Both the position numbers and the translations under genes were made by a program. From positions 1,808-65,807 of the IMG/VR virus record IMGVR_UViG_3300021399_000016: a stretch of DNA of 64,000 nt; one strand, 5' to 3'. Under the pieces are notes generated by a model, which was not told the DNA's origin, did no database searches, and saw nothing but the letters and a program-made list of their open reading frames with translations. Positions 1-9,178 of the stretch are shown here, in pieces (positions within the stretch are counted from its first letter, which is position 1; the number at the start of each line of letters is the position of its first letter). The stretch is from a virus.

Positions 1-2060
1 GAATGATTATTAAGAATTTAAAGAAAGAGATCCTTCCTCATACAGTTGAATCGATCGGCTTAATTGACAAGGATCTTAGGAGAGCCTACGATCAGGGACT
101 TAAATTTGACGTTACGGATTTAAGGGGAGATATCCTTGACTTTGCTATGAATTCAACTAATTCCGCAAAGAAGTGTATTGATATTGTGTCAAAGATGAAG
201 TTTAAGTCTGATGAACCTACGGAGAACAAGGAAGCAGAAGACGATAGACCAATCGTGTTCTTTGACGTTGAGGTTTATAAGAATCTTTTCATTGTCTGCT
301 GGAAGTATCTTGGCGTTGATGATGTCGTTAAGATGATTAATCCGAAGATCGATGAAGTCGAGAATTTATTTAAGTTCCGGTTAGTTGGGTTTAACAACAG
401 GCGTTACGACAATCATATTCTCTGGGCTTATACGATGGGCTATAAGAACGAGGCGCTCTATGAGCTTTCACAGTCCATCATAAATAATGAACGGATTGGG
501 ACTTTCAGCGAAGCGTATAACTTAAGCTATACTGATATTTGGGATTACGCTTCAAATAAGCAGAGTCTTAAGAAGTGGGAGATCCAGCTTGGTATTACAC
601 ATATGGAGATGGGTATTCCGTGGGACGAGCCTGCTCCTGAGAATATGTGGAATGATATTGCTGAATACTGTGCTAACGATGTAAGAGCAACTGAGGCGGT
701 TTGGAATGCTACTAAGTCCGACTTTAAAGCTAGAGAGATTCTGGCTGACCTCGCTGGCATGACCGTGAACGACACAACAAATAAACTCACTCTGGCGATT
801 GTCTTTGGTAAAGAGAAGCATCCGAAACTTATCTATACGGATCTGTCTACTCTGTTCCCTGGCTATGAGTTTGTCACGGAGTATGTTACTGACGATAAGG
901 GTAAGCAGAAGATAGTTAAGAAGAATATGTACCGTGGTACTGATGTTGGATTTGGTGGTTATGTTTACGCTGAACCCGGTATGTATACGGATGTTGCTCT
1001 TCTTGATGTTGCTTCGATGCATCCGACGTCAATCATTATGCTTAATAAACTTGGCGAGTATACTGAGAACTATAAGAATCTTAGGGATGCTCGTATTTAT
1101 ATTAAGCATAGAGATTATGACAAGGTTAGGCATATGTTCGATGGAAAGCTCACAAAGTATCTTACGAGTGATAATGATGCCGATGAGCTTTCGAAGGCGT
1201 TAAAGCTTCCTATCAATTCGTTCTACGGTTTATCCAGTGCTGGTTTTGATAACCCGGCAAGAGACTGGAACGATGTGAACAACATCATTGCTCTTAGAGG
1301 AGCTCTCTTTATGAGAACACTTCAGGACGAACTTAAGGAACGTGGATATCCTGCTGTTCATTTTAAGACTGATAGCTGTAAGATTCCAAATGCATCTCCA
1401 GAGATTATTGAGTTTGTTATGGAGTTTGGTAGGAAGTATGGCTATGAGTTTGAACACGAGGCAACATATAAAAAGATGTGCCTTGTAAATGGTTCTACTT
1501 ATATTGCCAAATACGATGATAAAGGGATTCGGAATAAAGGTGGCAAGCACGCAAATGAATGGACTGCTACTGCTGCTCAGTTTCAGGTTCCTTATGTTTT
1601 CAAGACTCTCTTTAGTCATGAGAAGATTGAGTTTGAGGATCTCTGTGAGACGAAGAGCGTTCAGCGTGGAGCATTATATTTGGATTTCAATGAGAACCTT
1701 CCTGAAGGAGAGCATGACTATAGGTTTGTTGGCCGTGTTGGAAGATTCTGTCCGATCAAGAAAGGTTGCGGTGGCGCCGAACTTTTTAGATTTAATGAAG
1801 GGAAGTACTACGCTGCAACTGGAACTAAAGGCTTTAGATGGATGGATGCCGAAGTAATTAAGAATGAGAATCTCGACTATGAGAAAATCGTTGACAGAAC
1901 TTACTACGACATCCAGGTAGATGAAGCTGTTATTGATATTTCAAAGTATGGTGACTTCGAGTGGTTCGTATCTGATGATGACGGTCCTATGCCCGAAGAC
2001 TATAAGTTTGAAGAAGTAACCAATGACCCGTTAGAGGGTCTTATGAACAAACCTGAATAA
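1..2060 (+). CDS. C-terminal part of large replication protein: 3'-5' exonuclease plus family-B-like DNA polymerase (5'-truncated by window)
   Basis: Exo motifs FFDVEVY, GFNNRRYD, YCANDV; PolB motif A LLDVASMHPTSI, motif B KLPINSFYG, motif C variant HFKTDS; frame open from window start. Confidence 0.85.
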   Translation, partial: MIIKNLKKEILPHTVESIGLIDKDLRRAYDQGLKFDVTDLRGDILDFAMNSTNSAKKCIDIVSKMKFKSDEPTENKEAEDDRPIVFFDVEVYKNLFIVCWKYLGVDDVVKMINPKIDEVENLFKFRLVGFNNRRYDNHILWAYTMGYKNEALYELSQSIINNERIGTFSEAYNLSYTDIWDYASNKQSLKKWEIQLGITHMEMGIPWDEPAPENMWNDIAEYCANDVRATEAVWNATKSDFKAREILADLAGMTVNDTTNKLTLAIVFGKEKHPKLIYTDLSTLFPGYEFVTEYVTDDKGKQKIVKKNMYRGTDVGFGGYVYAEPGMYTDVALLDVASMHPTSIIMLNKLGEYTENYKNLRDARIYIKHRDYDKVRHMFDGKLTKYLTSDNDADELSKALKLPINSFYGLSSAGFDNPARDWNDVNNIIALRGALFMRTLQDELKERGYPAVHFKTDSCKIPNASPEIIEFVMEFGRKYGYEFEHEATYKKMCLVNGSTYIAKYDDKGIRNKGGKHANEWTATAAQFQVPYVFKTLFSHEKIEFEDLCETKSVQRGALYLDFNENLPEGEHDYRFVGRVGRFCPIKKGCGGAELFRFNEGKYYAATGTKGFRWMDAEVIKNENLDYEKIVDRTYYDIQVDEAVIDISKYGDFEWFVSDDDGPMPEDYKFEEVTNDPLEGLMNKPE

Positions 2061-2077
2061 GAAAAGGAGAACAAACC

Positions 2078-2557
2078 ATGAATAAACCGAACGGAAACAT
2101 TACTATCGAGAACGCAAGACTTATCTTCAGAGATTTCACTGGTGAAAAGAATAAATACAACAATGACAGAACGTTTGGGGTTGTGCTTGATCCTGAATTT
2201 GCAGATAAACTTGAAAACGATGGATGGAATGTTAAGAGGCTTACACCTAGAGAAGAAGGTGATGAGCCTCTTTGTTTTTTAACAGTAAAGGTTGTGTTCG
2301 GTAAAGTACCTCCGAAGATCGTACTCATCGTTGGGAATAAGAAAGCGCCAATTTCGGAAGACAACGTTGGAATGCTTGATTGGATTACCATTGAGAAGGC
2401 GGATCTCATTATTCGTCCTTACAACTACGACTTTGCTGGTCGCACCGGAACGAAGGCATACCTCAATTCTCTTTATATTACCAAGGACGTTGATTCTCTT
2501 GAAGCTAAATACGCCGATTTGGATGAAGAGGAGGCGATGCCGTTTGATGAGAATTAA
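2078..2557 (+). CDS. single-stranded DNA-binding protein (phage type)
   Basis: Between polymerase and helicase; ARLIFRDFTG...KAYLNSLY pattern; acidic tail ending MPFDEN; RBS AAGGAG. Confidence 0.7.
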   Translation: MNKPNGNITIENARLIFRDFTGEKNKYNNDRTFGVVLDPEFADKLENDGWNVKRLTPREEGDEPLCFLTVKVVFGKVPPKIVLIVGNKKAPISEDNVGMLDWITIEKADLIIRPYNYDFAGRTGTKAYLNSLYITKDVDSLEAKYADLDEEEAMPFDEN

Positions 2558-3752
2558 TGTGTCATTGTATCCTCATCAAATAGAAGCTGTCAATAAGATG
2601 CATAACGGCTGCATTCTTTGTGGCGCGGTTGGTACTGGTAAATCCAGAACTGCTTTGGCTTATTATGCATTGCAGTATGGATTTTCTATAAATCGTGCGA
2701 ACGAGACTGTTGGGGGAGATTATTGCTCCCCCGCACGTCTTTATATTATTACGACCGCAAAGAAAAGAGATAGCTTTGAATGGGAGGACGAATGTCTTAA
2801 TTTTTTAATTAATAAAGACATCATAACTATCGACAGTTGGAACAACATAAAGAAATATAGGAAAGTATACGGCGCATTCTTTATATTCGACGAACAGCGT
2901 GTCATTAGCTATGGCGCATGGACAAAAGCTTTCTTGGACATTGCTAGGAAGAATAAATGGATCATGCTATCGGCAACTCCTGGAGACACATGGTCTGATT
3001 ATATTCCCGTATTCATTGCCAATGGCTTCTATAGACACAAGTCTGAGTTTATAAATAGACATGTTATCTATAGTAGATTCTCTAAGTATCCAAAGATCGA
3101 TAAGTATATTGACACCGGGATACTTAACAAATATCGACATGCTGTTTTAGTAAACATGCCATTTAAGCGAAGGACAACGGCACATTATATTTCGATTCCA
3201 TGTGAGTATAACAAGGAACTGTATAAGAAAACTTGGAGAGATCGTTGGGATCCGTATAAGAATGAACCTGTTACCGATGCTGCAGGTTTGTGCTACTTAC
3301 TCAGGCACATAGTTAATTCCGATAAGTCACGTCTTGAGCCTATCAGTCATTTGATCGACAAGCATCAGAGACTAATTATATTTTATAACTATAATTATGA
3401 GCTTGATGCTTTGAGAGAGTACCTTGCAGGAATAGAAAATTTGGAGGTGAGAGAATGGAACGGACAGAAACATGAAGAAGTACCAGATTGTCCTAGATGG
3501 GTGTACCTAGTACAGTACAATGCTGGTGCTGAAGGTTGGAACTGTGTAACTACAGATGCTATTGTTTTTTATTCTCAGTCTTATAGCTATCGGATGACAG
3601 CGCAGGCTGCCGGTAGAATAGACAGACTGAACACGAAGTATGTAGATCTTTACTATTATATTTTCAGGTCCTTAGCTCCAATAGATCTTGCTATACAGCG
3701 TGCTCTAAAGTCAAAGAAGAATTTCAACGAGAAAGCCTTTGTCGGTAAATAA
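2547..3752 (+). CDS. SF2 (SNF2/DEAD-like) helicase
   Basis: Walker A GAVGTGKS, DEQR, LSATPG, QAAGRIDR; start moved from 2292 to ATG 2547 (GAGGAGG upstream). Confidence 0.85.
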   Translation: MRINVSLYPHQIEAVNKMHNGCILCGAVGTGKSRTALAYYALQYGFSINRANETVGGDYCSPARLYIITTAKKRDSFEWEDECLNFLINKDIITIDSWNNIKKYRKVYGAFFIFDEQRVISYGAWTKAFLDIARKNKWIMLSATPGDTWSDYIPVFIANGFYRHKSEFINRHVIYSRFSKYPKIDKYIDTGILNKYRHAVLVNMPFKRRTTAHYISIPCEYNKELYKKTWRDRWDPYKNEPVTDAAGLCYLLRHIVNSDKSRLEPISHLIDKHQRLIIFYNYNYELDALREYLAGIENLEVREWNGQKHEEVPDCPRWVYLVQYNAGAEGWNCVTTDAIVFYSQSYSYRMTAQAAGRIDRLNTKYVDLYYYIFRSLAPIDLAIQRALKSKKNFNEKAFVGK

Positions 3753-3770
3753 CAAATCCTATGTTTTTGC

Positions 3771-3795
3771 TCGTAGAAAAAACATATCCTATAAT
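3771..3795 (+). promoter_or_regulatory. phage promoter-like motif upstream of nuclease-nuclease-RNAP operon
   Basis: TCGTA GAAAAAA CA TAT C C TATAAT; matches the 22-copy consensus. Confidence 0.7.
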
Positions 3796-3858
3796 AGAAG
3801 GAGATAGAATATGACTTATATTTGTCTCCTATTTATTTTGCCTATTTGGAGACTTGAA

Positions 3859-4182
3859 ATGCGAGAGAGCGAATTTCAGTCCGACTTAAAGAAAGAGATC
3901 TCGGAACGATTTCCTGGATGCATCATTACAAAGAACGATGCCGCTTATATTCAGGGAATTCCGGATCTCTTAATTTTATATGAGGACAAGTGGGCTGCAC
4001 TGGAATGTAAAAAGAATGCGCGAGCCAAACATCGGCCGAATCAAGACTATTACGTTGAGAAAATGAACGAGATGTCATTCTCGGCATTTATATTTCCCGA
4101 GAACAAGGAGGAAGTCTTAAATGAAATGGAACGAGCATTCAAAACTACTGGAAGGCGCTCACGCACCATTCGGAGCAAGTAA
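3859..4182 (+). CDS. VRR-NUC / Holliday-junction-resolvase-like nuclease
   Basis: ESEFQ...GIPDLLIL...LECKK...PNQ pattern; alternative start 3811 lies inside a hairpin. Confidence 0.75.
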   Translation: MRESEFQSDLKKEISERFPGCIITKNDAAYIQGIPDLLILYEDKWAALECKKNARAKHRPNQDYYVEKMNEMSFSAFIFPENKEEVLNEMERAFKTTGRRSRTIRSK

Positions 4183-4684
4183 GTACTTCTGGCTTAACTA
4201 TGACAAGGAGAAAGCCCTTGCTTATTACAAGAGTCTTCTTGCAAAGAAAGCTGGAACTGAGTACCACGAGATTGCGAAGCAGTGCATTGACCATGGTATT
4301 CAGCTTAAAGGACGAAATACGTTAGCACGTTATGTGAACGATGCTATTGGATTCCGTATGCGTACTGAGCAGTTGCTCGTTTATTCAAAGTATTTCTTTG
4401 GTACTGCTGACGCTATTATATTTCAGGAAAAGGATAAGCTTCTTAGAATCCACGACTTGAAGACCGGCACCATCCCTGCTAAGCTCGACCAGTTACTCAT
4501 CTATGACGCGCTGTTCTGTCTTGAGTATCGGATTGATCCTTCAACGATTAATCATGAGCTTCGGATTTATCAGAATAATGAAATCCTTTCTGACAATCCT
4601 GATGCAGATCAGATCGCACCAATTATGGAAAAGATTCAATCTTTTAACCAGTTCATAGAAGAGTATGAAGAGGGCATAGTGTGA
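4121..4684 (+). CDS. PD-(D/E)xK (Cas4/RecB-like) exonuclease
   Basis: GTADAI...IHDLKTG...QLLIY. Confidence 0.7.
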   Translation: MKWNEHSKLLEGAHAPFGASKYFWLNYDKEKALAYYKSLLAKKAGTEYHEIAKQCIDHGIQLKGRNTLARYVNDAIGFRMRTEQLLVYSKYFFGTADAIIFQEKDKLLRIHDLKTGTIPAKLDQLLIYDALFCLEYRIDPSTINHELRIYQNNEILSDNPDADQIAPIMEKIQSFNQFIEEYEEGIV

Positions 4685-7563
4685 TGGACGAATTATATTT
4701 AGACGACTTAGATTTAAGTGAATTAATAATCGAACATTCTGGAGTCGCTCATGATGAGAATCCGCCAGGACGAGGTTCAGGTAGGTATGCGTATGGTTCT
4801 GGCGACAAACCAAACCAGAGAGAGCCGTTTTCTAATCCATACATTGAGAACATGAGAAAGAACGGATCTTCAGACAAAGAGATCTGTGATCTCATGAAGA
4901 AATCTGGCTTCACTGATGTTGATATTTACAAGAAGCTTCATAAGGCGGGCTGGAAAGACACAGAGATTGCTGAAGGTCTTGACATGAAGACAACTAAACT
5001 TCGTGCTAAGATCAGTATTGCAAAGTATGAACAGCAGGCCAATGATACAGCATCAGCAAGAGCAATGCACGAACAAGGTCTTAGCAACTCAGAGATTGGC
5101 AGAAGACTTGGAGTTTCGGAAGGAACAATCAGGAACTACCTTAATCCTGATATTTCACAGAAGAACGATATTCTTAAAACCACGGCCGATTCGCTTAAAG
5201 ATCTTGTCGCAGAAAAGAAATACATTGATATTGGTCCCGGCGCAGACTTAAGTCTTGGCGTTACTTCAACAAAGCTAGCAACAGCTGTAGCAATGCTTGA
5301 AGAAGAAGGTTACAAGAAGTTCTACGTTTACGAAGAACAGCTTGGCACTGGCAAGAAAACCACTATCACTGTGCTTGCACCTCCAGGCACTACCTATCCT
5401 GAACTAATGAACAATCGCGGTCAGATCAAGACCATCGATAATTATATTCAGGAAGGTGGTGAATTAAAGACTCGTCTCGGTATTGAACCACCAACCAGCG
5501 TTGATTCGTCAAGGATCCAGGTACGTTGGGCTGAAGATGGTGGTACAGACAGAGATGGAACTATAGAGATTAGACGAGGAGTCGAGGACTTGAGCCTTGG
5601 CTCCTCTTCTTATGCTCAGGTTCGTATTGCCGTGGATGGCACACATTATTTGAAAGGCATGGCCATCTATGGTAACGATGATGAGTTTGAACCAGGCAAG
5701 GACATTATATTTAATACCAACAAGAAAGAAGGCACACCTTTAATGCTTGATGATCCTGATGCTAAACAGGTATTCAAGCATTTAAAAGATGACCCCGACA
5801 ATCCCTTTGGCGCTTCTATAAAGATCAAAGATGGAAAGGTTGTTGGTCAGAGACACTACACTGGTGAGGATGGAAAAGATCACCTATCACCAGTCAACAT
5901 CATTAGAGAAGAAGGTGACTGGTCCGAATGGAGTAAGACACTTGCTTCTCAGATGCTGTCCAAACAGACGCCAGCATTAGCAACCAAACAGTTGAGGCTT
6001 GCTTATGAACAGAAGAAGGAAGAGTTTGAGGACTACATGTCTCTTACTAATCCAACTGTGAAGAAGAAGCTTCTTGAGGGCTTTGCTGAAGGTTGTGATG
6101 CAGCGGCAGTAAACTTGAAGGCGGCAGCTCTTCCTGGACAGCAGAACTATGTTATCTTACCTGTTCCTTCCATGAAGACAACTGAGATCTATGCACCTCG
6201 TTATGATAACGGTACTGAGTGTGTACTTATTCGTTACCCTCATGCTGGTCAGTTTGAGATCCCAAGACTAATTGTCAACAATAAGAATGCTGAAGCTAAG
6301 TCATTCATGTACAACGCAAAGGATGCCGTTGGTATTGCACCAAAGGTAGCCGAGCAGTTGTCTGGTGCAGACTTTGATGGTGATACTGTTCTTCTCATTC
6401 CTACCGCTAGACCTGATGGTACACGCATCTCTGATGTAAGAAACAAGAAGGCTATTCAGGAACTTGTGGACTTTAACCCCAAGATGTATGAGTATCCTGA
6501 TGGTGTCGAGCATAAGAAGATGAGCGACCACACTAAACAGGTTCAGATGGGTATGGTTTCGAACTTGATCACGGACATGACCATTGGTGGTGCATCACCA
6601 GAGGAGCTTGTGCGTGCAGTTAAGCACTCAATGGTGGTAATTGATGCACAGAAGCATGGTCTGAACTACAAGCAGTCAGAGAAAGACAATCGTATCGATG
6701 AGCTTAGACAGAAGTACCAGGCTAAAGAGAACGGCAAGGCAGGCGGTGCTAGTACTATCATTAGTAGGGCCTCTGCCGAACAAAGAATAGGGGTACGTAA
6801 AAGAAACTGGAAGCCCGATGCCGAAACAGGTGAGGTTACTTACAGAGAAACTCCTGAATACATTACTACAAGAAAAGTAATGCCTGATGGAACTGTCAAG
6901 GAAGAGACCAGGGAGCGTACTATAAAGACTACCCGGATGGCTTATGAAAAGGACGCCCGTAATCTAATGAGCGGCCCCAATCATGAAGGAATGCCAATCG
7001 AGAGGATCTACGCCAAGTATGCCAACGACATGAAGGCACTTGCAAACCAAGCACGTAAGGAAGCTCTGGATACCCCGCTTCTTCAAACCTCCCCCTCTGC
7101 TAAAAAGGTCTATGCTGCAGAAGTAGAGTCCTTGGAGAACAAGCTTAGGGAAGCCAAAAGTAACGCACCTAGAGAAAGACAGGCTCAGATACTAGCAAAT
7201 GAGTTCATGCGAGCTAAGAGAAAAGACGATCCTAATATGGATGCAGATCATCTCAAGAAAGCTAAGTCGTTGGCCCTTGCTAATGCAAGAGACATTGTTG
7301 GTGCTAAGAAGACAAAGATTGAGATAACAGACAAAGAATGGCAAGCTATTCAGTCTGGTGCTATTAGTGACAACAAATTACGTCAGATTCTTAACAATGC
7401 TGATGACAAAGCAATTAAACAGCTTGCTATGCCAAGAACAAACAACGAACTTAGCAATTCAAAACAAAGTTTAATTAAATCTATGAGTAGTTCAGGTTAT
7501 TCAATTGCCGAAATTGCTGAACGTTTAGACGTTTCTAGTTCGACAGTTAGCAAATACCTGTAA
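4681..7563 (+). CDS. putative single-subunit two-barrel RNA polymerase (YonO/cellular RdRP-like) with N- and C-terminal HTH domains
   Basis: DGTIEI, QVR..LKG, RYP, LSGADFDGD (6370-6384), GMVSNL, VIDAQKHG in the order seen in cellular RdRP/YonO; HTHs GLSNSEIGRRLGVSEGTIRNYL and GYSIAEIAERLDVSSSTVSKYL. Confidence 0.75.
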   Translation: MMDELYLDDLDLSELIIEHSGVAHDENPPGRGSGRYAYGSGDKPNQREPFSNPYIENMRKNGSSDKEICDLMKKSGFTDVDIYKKLHKAGWKDTEIAEGLDMKTTKLRAKISIAKYEQQANDTASARAMHEQGLSNSEIGRRLGVSEGTIRNYLNPDISQKNDILKTTADSLKDLVAEKKYIDIGPGADLSLGVTSTKLATAVAMLEEEGYKKFYVYEEQLGTGKKTTITVLAPPGTTYPELMNNRGQIKTIDNYIQEGGELKTRLGIEPPTSVDSSRIQVRWAEDGGTDRDGTIEIRRGVEDLSLGSSSYAQVRIAVDGTHYLKGMAIYGNDDEFEPGKDIIFNTNKKEGTPLMLDDPDAKQVFKHLKDDPDNPFGASIKIKDGKVVGQRHYTGEDGKDHLSPVNIIREEGDWSEWSKTLASQMLSKQTPALATKQLRLAYEQKKEEFEDYMSLTNPTVKKKLLEGFAEGCDAAAVNLKAAALPGQQNYVILPVPSMKTTEIYAPRYDNGTECVLIRYPHAGQFEIPRLIVNNKNAEAKSFMYNAKDAVGIAPKVAEQLSGADFDGDTVLLIPTARPDGTRISDVRNKKAIQELVDFNPKMYEYPDGVEHKKMSDHTKQVQMGMVSNLITDMTIGGASPEELVRAVKHSMVVIDAQKHGLNYKQSEKDNRIDELRQKYQAKENGKAGGASTIISRASAEQRIGVRKRNWKPDAETGEVTYRETPEYITTRKVMPDGTVKEETRERTIKTTRMAYEKDARNLMSGPNHEGMPIERIYAKYANDMKALANQARKEALDTPLLQTSPSAKKVYAAEVESLENKLREAKSNAPRERQAQILANEFMRAKRKDDPNMDADHLKKAKSLALANARDIVGAKKTKIEITDKEWQAIQSGAISDNKLRQILNNADDKAIKQLAMPRTNNELSNSKQSLIKSMSSSGYSIAEIAERLDVSSSTVSKYL

Positions 7564-7575
7564 GAAGGAGGACGT

Positions 7576-7815
7576 ATGGCTAAAGAGTATATGCTCACCA
7601 CGGTCGATAACCCATACGACCCCTTCACTCATTTCGATGAATGGCTTCGTTACGACATTGGAAAAGGCTACAACACATGCAATTACTTAGCAAGAGTTGT
7701 ACAAACATCCAATGAATTGAGTGATGAAATGAATGATCGTGCAATCAATGACGCAATTGATGAGATCTGTGAATACAATTGGCTTGGAATCTATAAGAAA
7801 GTAGCCAAGGACTAA
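7576..7815 (+). CDS. small hypothetical protein (MLTTVDNPYDPF)
   Basis: Strong RBS AAGGAGG directly after RNAP gene. Confidence 0.75.
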   Translation: MAKEYMLTTVDNPYDPFTHFDEWLRYDIGKGYNTCNYLARVVQTSNELSDEMNDRAINDAIDEICEYNWLGIYKKVAKD

Positions 7816-7873
7816 GCCGTTTGTATTCACATAGGGAGGGGGGGGGTCTTTACAAGTCCTCCCCTCTTTCGAT

Positions 7874-7882
7874 CGGCGGCCT
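7874..7882. other. candidate cos site (CGGCGGCCT)
   Basis: GC-rich 9-mer between G/C tracts in the non-coding gap before terminase-small/HNH genes; resembles recalled 9-nt overhangs of syntenic actinophages. Confidence 0.5.
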
Positions 7883-7919
7883 CTTGATATTTTCTCCGGG
7901 GGTGGTTTTTTGGAAATCG

Positions 7920-8032
7920 TTTTGGGAGGGCATAGGCTTAGGTGCCTTCTGGTTTGTGGTGATCCAGGTTCTCCTTTCCTCTGAGATATTCTTCTCAGGG
8001 TGGCTCTTGGCCGGGTCTATGTCCTGCCAAAA
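7920..8032 (+). ncRNA. long structured RNA/leader upstream of packaging genes
   Basis: TTTTGGGAGGGCATAGGCTTAGG pairs with CCGGGTCTATGTCCTGCCAAAA using several G-U pairs; inner hairpin CTGAGA/TCTCAG. Confidence 0.4.
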
Positions 8033-8065
8033 CTATTCCCAAAGTAGTTGAAAGGAGTGATGTTC

Positions 8066-8410
8066 ATGGCTAAAACCACGTCAAAAGGCCAGAGATCCTC
8101 AGGTAAGATACCAGCATTCTCCTCGGAGGAGCAGGAGAGTAGGTTGGTTGCTCTAGCTTGGGATCTTGCTGAGGAAAAATTAAGGGATGGATCTGCATCT
8201 AATCAGCTAATCTGTCAGCTTCTTAAGGCTGGTTCTGCGAAAGAGAAGCTTGAAAAGGATATTCTCCGGCAGCAGAAGGACCTTATGGAGGCTAAGACAG
8301 AGGCAATTAAGTCAGCTAAGCATATTGAGGAACTTTATGCTAATGCGCTTAAGGCAATGCAGTCATATTCTGGTCAGCCGGTTGAGGTAGATGATGAAGA
8401 GTTATTCTGA
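8066..8410 (+). CDS. probable terminase small subunit
   Basis: Helical protein, first gene after candidate cos, upstream of HNH and TerL; RBS AAAGGAG. Confidence 0.45.
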   Translation: MAKTTSKGQRSSGKIPAFSSEEQESRLVALAWDLAEEKLRDGSASNQLICQLLKAGSAKEKLEKDILRQQKDLMEAKTEAIKSAKHIEELYANALKAMQSYSGQPVEVDDEELF

Positions 8411-8816
8411 GATGATGACTCTTCCGACATTTGATGAGCGTTTTAAGTATTTAAAGCTCAACGGAAAGGTGGCAGCGGAGACATTTGGTTGTCACAGATA
8501 TTTGAACCAGGTTTTGTATAGATCTGGCGAGTGGAAGAGGTTTCGGAACAAGATCATCATTAGAGACGATGGTTGTGATCTAGCTGATAAGGATAGACCA
8601 GTCGAGGGGCAGAAGATTCTAATACACCATCTTAATCCTCTGACTATTGATGACGTTGTAAACCGTGATCCGAAGATATTCGATCCAGAGAATGTTGTCT
8701 GTGTTTCGTTTGATACGCATCAGGCGATCCATTACGGCGACGAGAGGTATTTAACATGTAATAAGTTTGCGGACAGGAAACCTAACGATACTTGTCCGTG
8801 GAGGAAGCTCACATGA
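8391..8816 (+). CDS. HNH endonuclease (packaging-associated)
   Basis: RDDGCD...IHHLNP...ENVVCVSFDTHQAIH. Confidence 0.8.
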   Translation: MMKSYSEMMTLPTFDERFKYLKLNGKVAAETFGCHRYLNQVLYRSGEWKRFRNKIIIRDDGCDLADKDRPVEGQKILIHHLNPLTIDDVVNRDPKIFDPENVVCVSFDTHQAIHYGDERYLTCNKFADRKPNDTCPWRKLT

Positions 8817-9178
8817 GTGTAATCACAGACAGCATTCTTCTATCAGTTAAGAAGATGCTAGGACTAGATCAGGACTACGACGTCTTCGATCCAGAGTTAA
8901 CTATCTACATTAACTCTGTATTTGGTACGTTACATCAGCTGGGTGTAGGACCGACCACTCAGTTTAGAATCTCAGACGATACAAGTACTTGGTCTGAGTT
9001 CACAACAAATGAAGTAGAAATCGAAGAAGTAAAGACATACGTTTATTTGCGGGTTCGACTTTTGTTTGACCAACCATCAAGTTCCTTTGTCCTTAGTTCA
9101 TTCCAGGAACAGATAAAAGAATTGGAATGGAGACTAAATGTAAAGTCTGATGAAATAAAGGGGACTGGCGATGAGTAA
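8813..9178 (+). CDS. head-tail connector-like protein
   Basis: SILLSVKKMLG...KTYVYLRVRLLFD...ELEWRL; position in head module. Confidence 0.5.
   Translation: MSVITDSILLSVKKMLGLDQDYDVFDPELTIYINSVFGTLHQLGVGPTTQFRISDDTSTWSEFTTNEVEIEEVKTYVYLRVRLLFDQPSSSFVLSSFQEQIKELEWRLNVKSDEIKGTGDE

Noticed and set aside
2292-2546. N-terminal extension of the helicase ORF
   Set aside because: Overlaps the SSB gene in another frame; a better RBS and start lie at 2547
4121-4684. Cas4-like nuclease as a sign of CRISPR-Cas
   Set aside because: Stand-alone PD-(D/E)xK nuclease in a replication module; no other cas genes or array
7821-8051. 76-aa ORF
   Set aside because: TTG start with no good RBS; runs across G tracts, the candidate cos and hairpins
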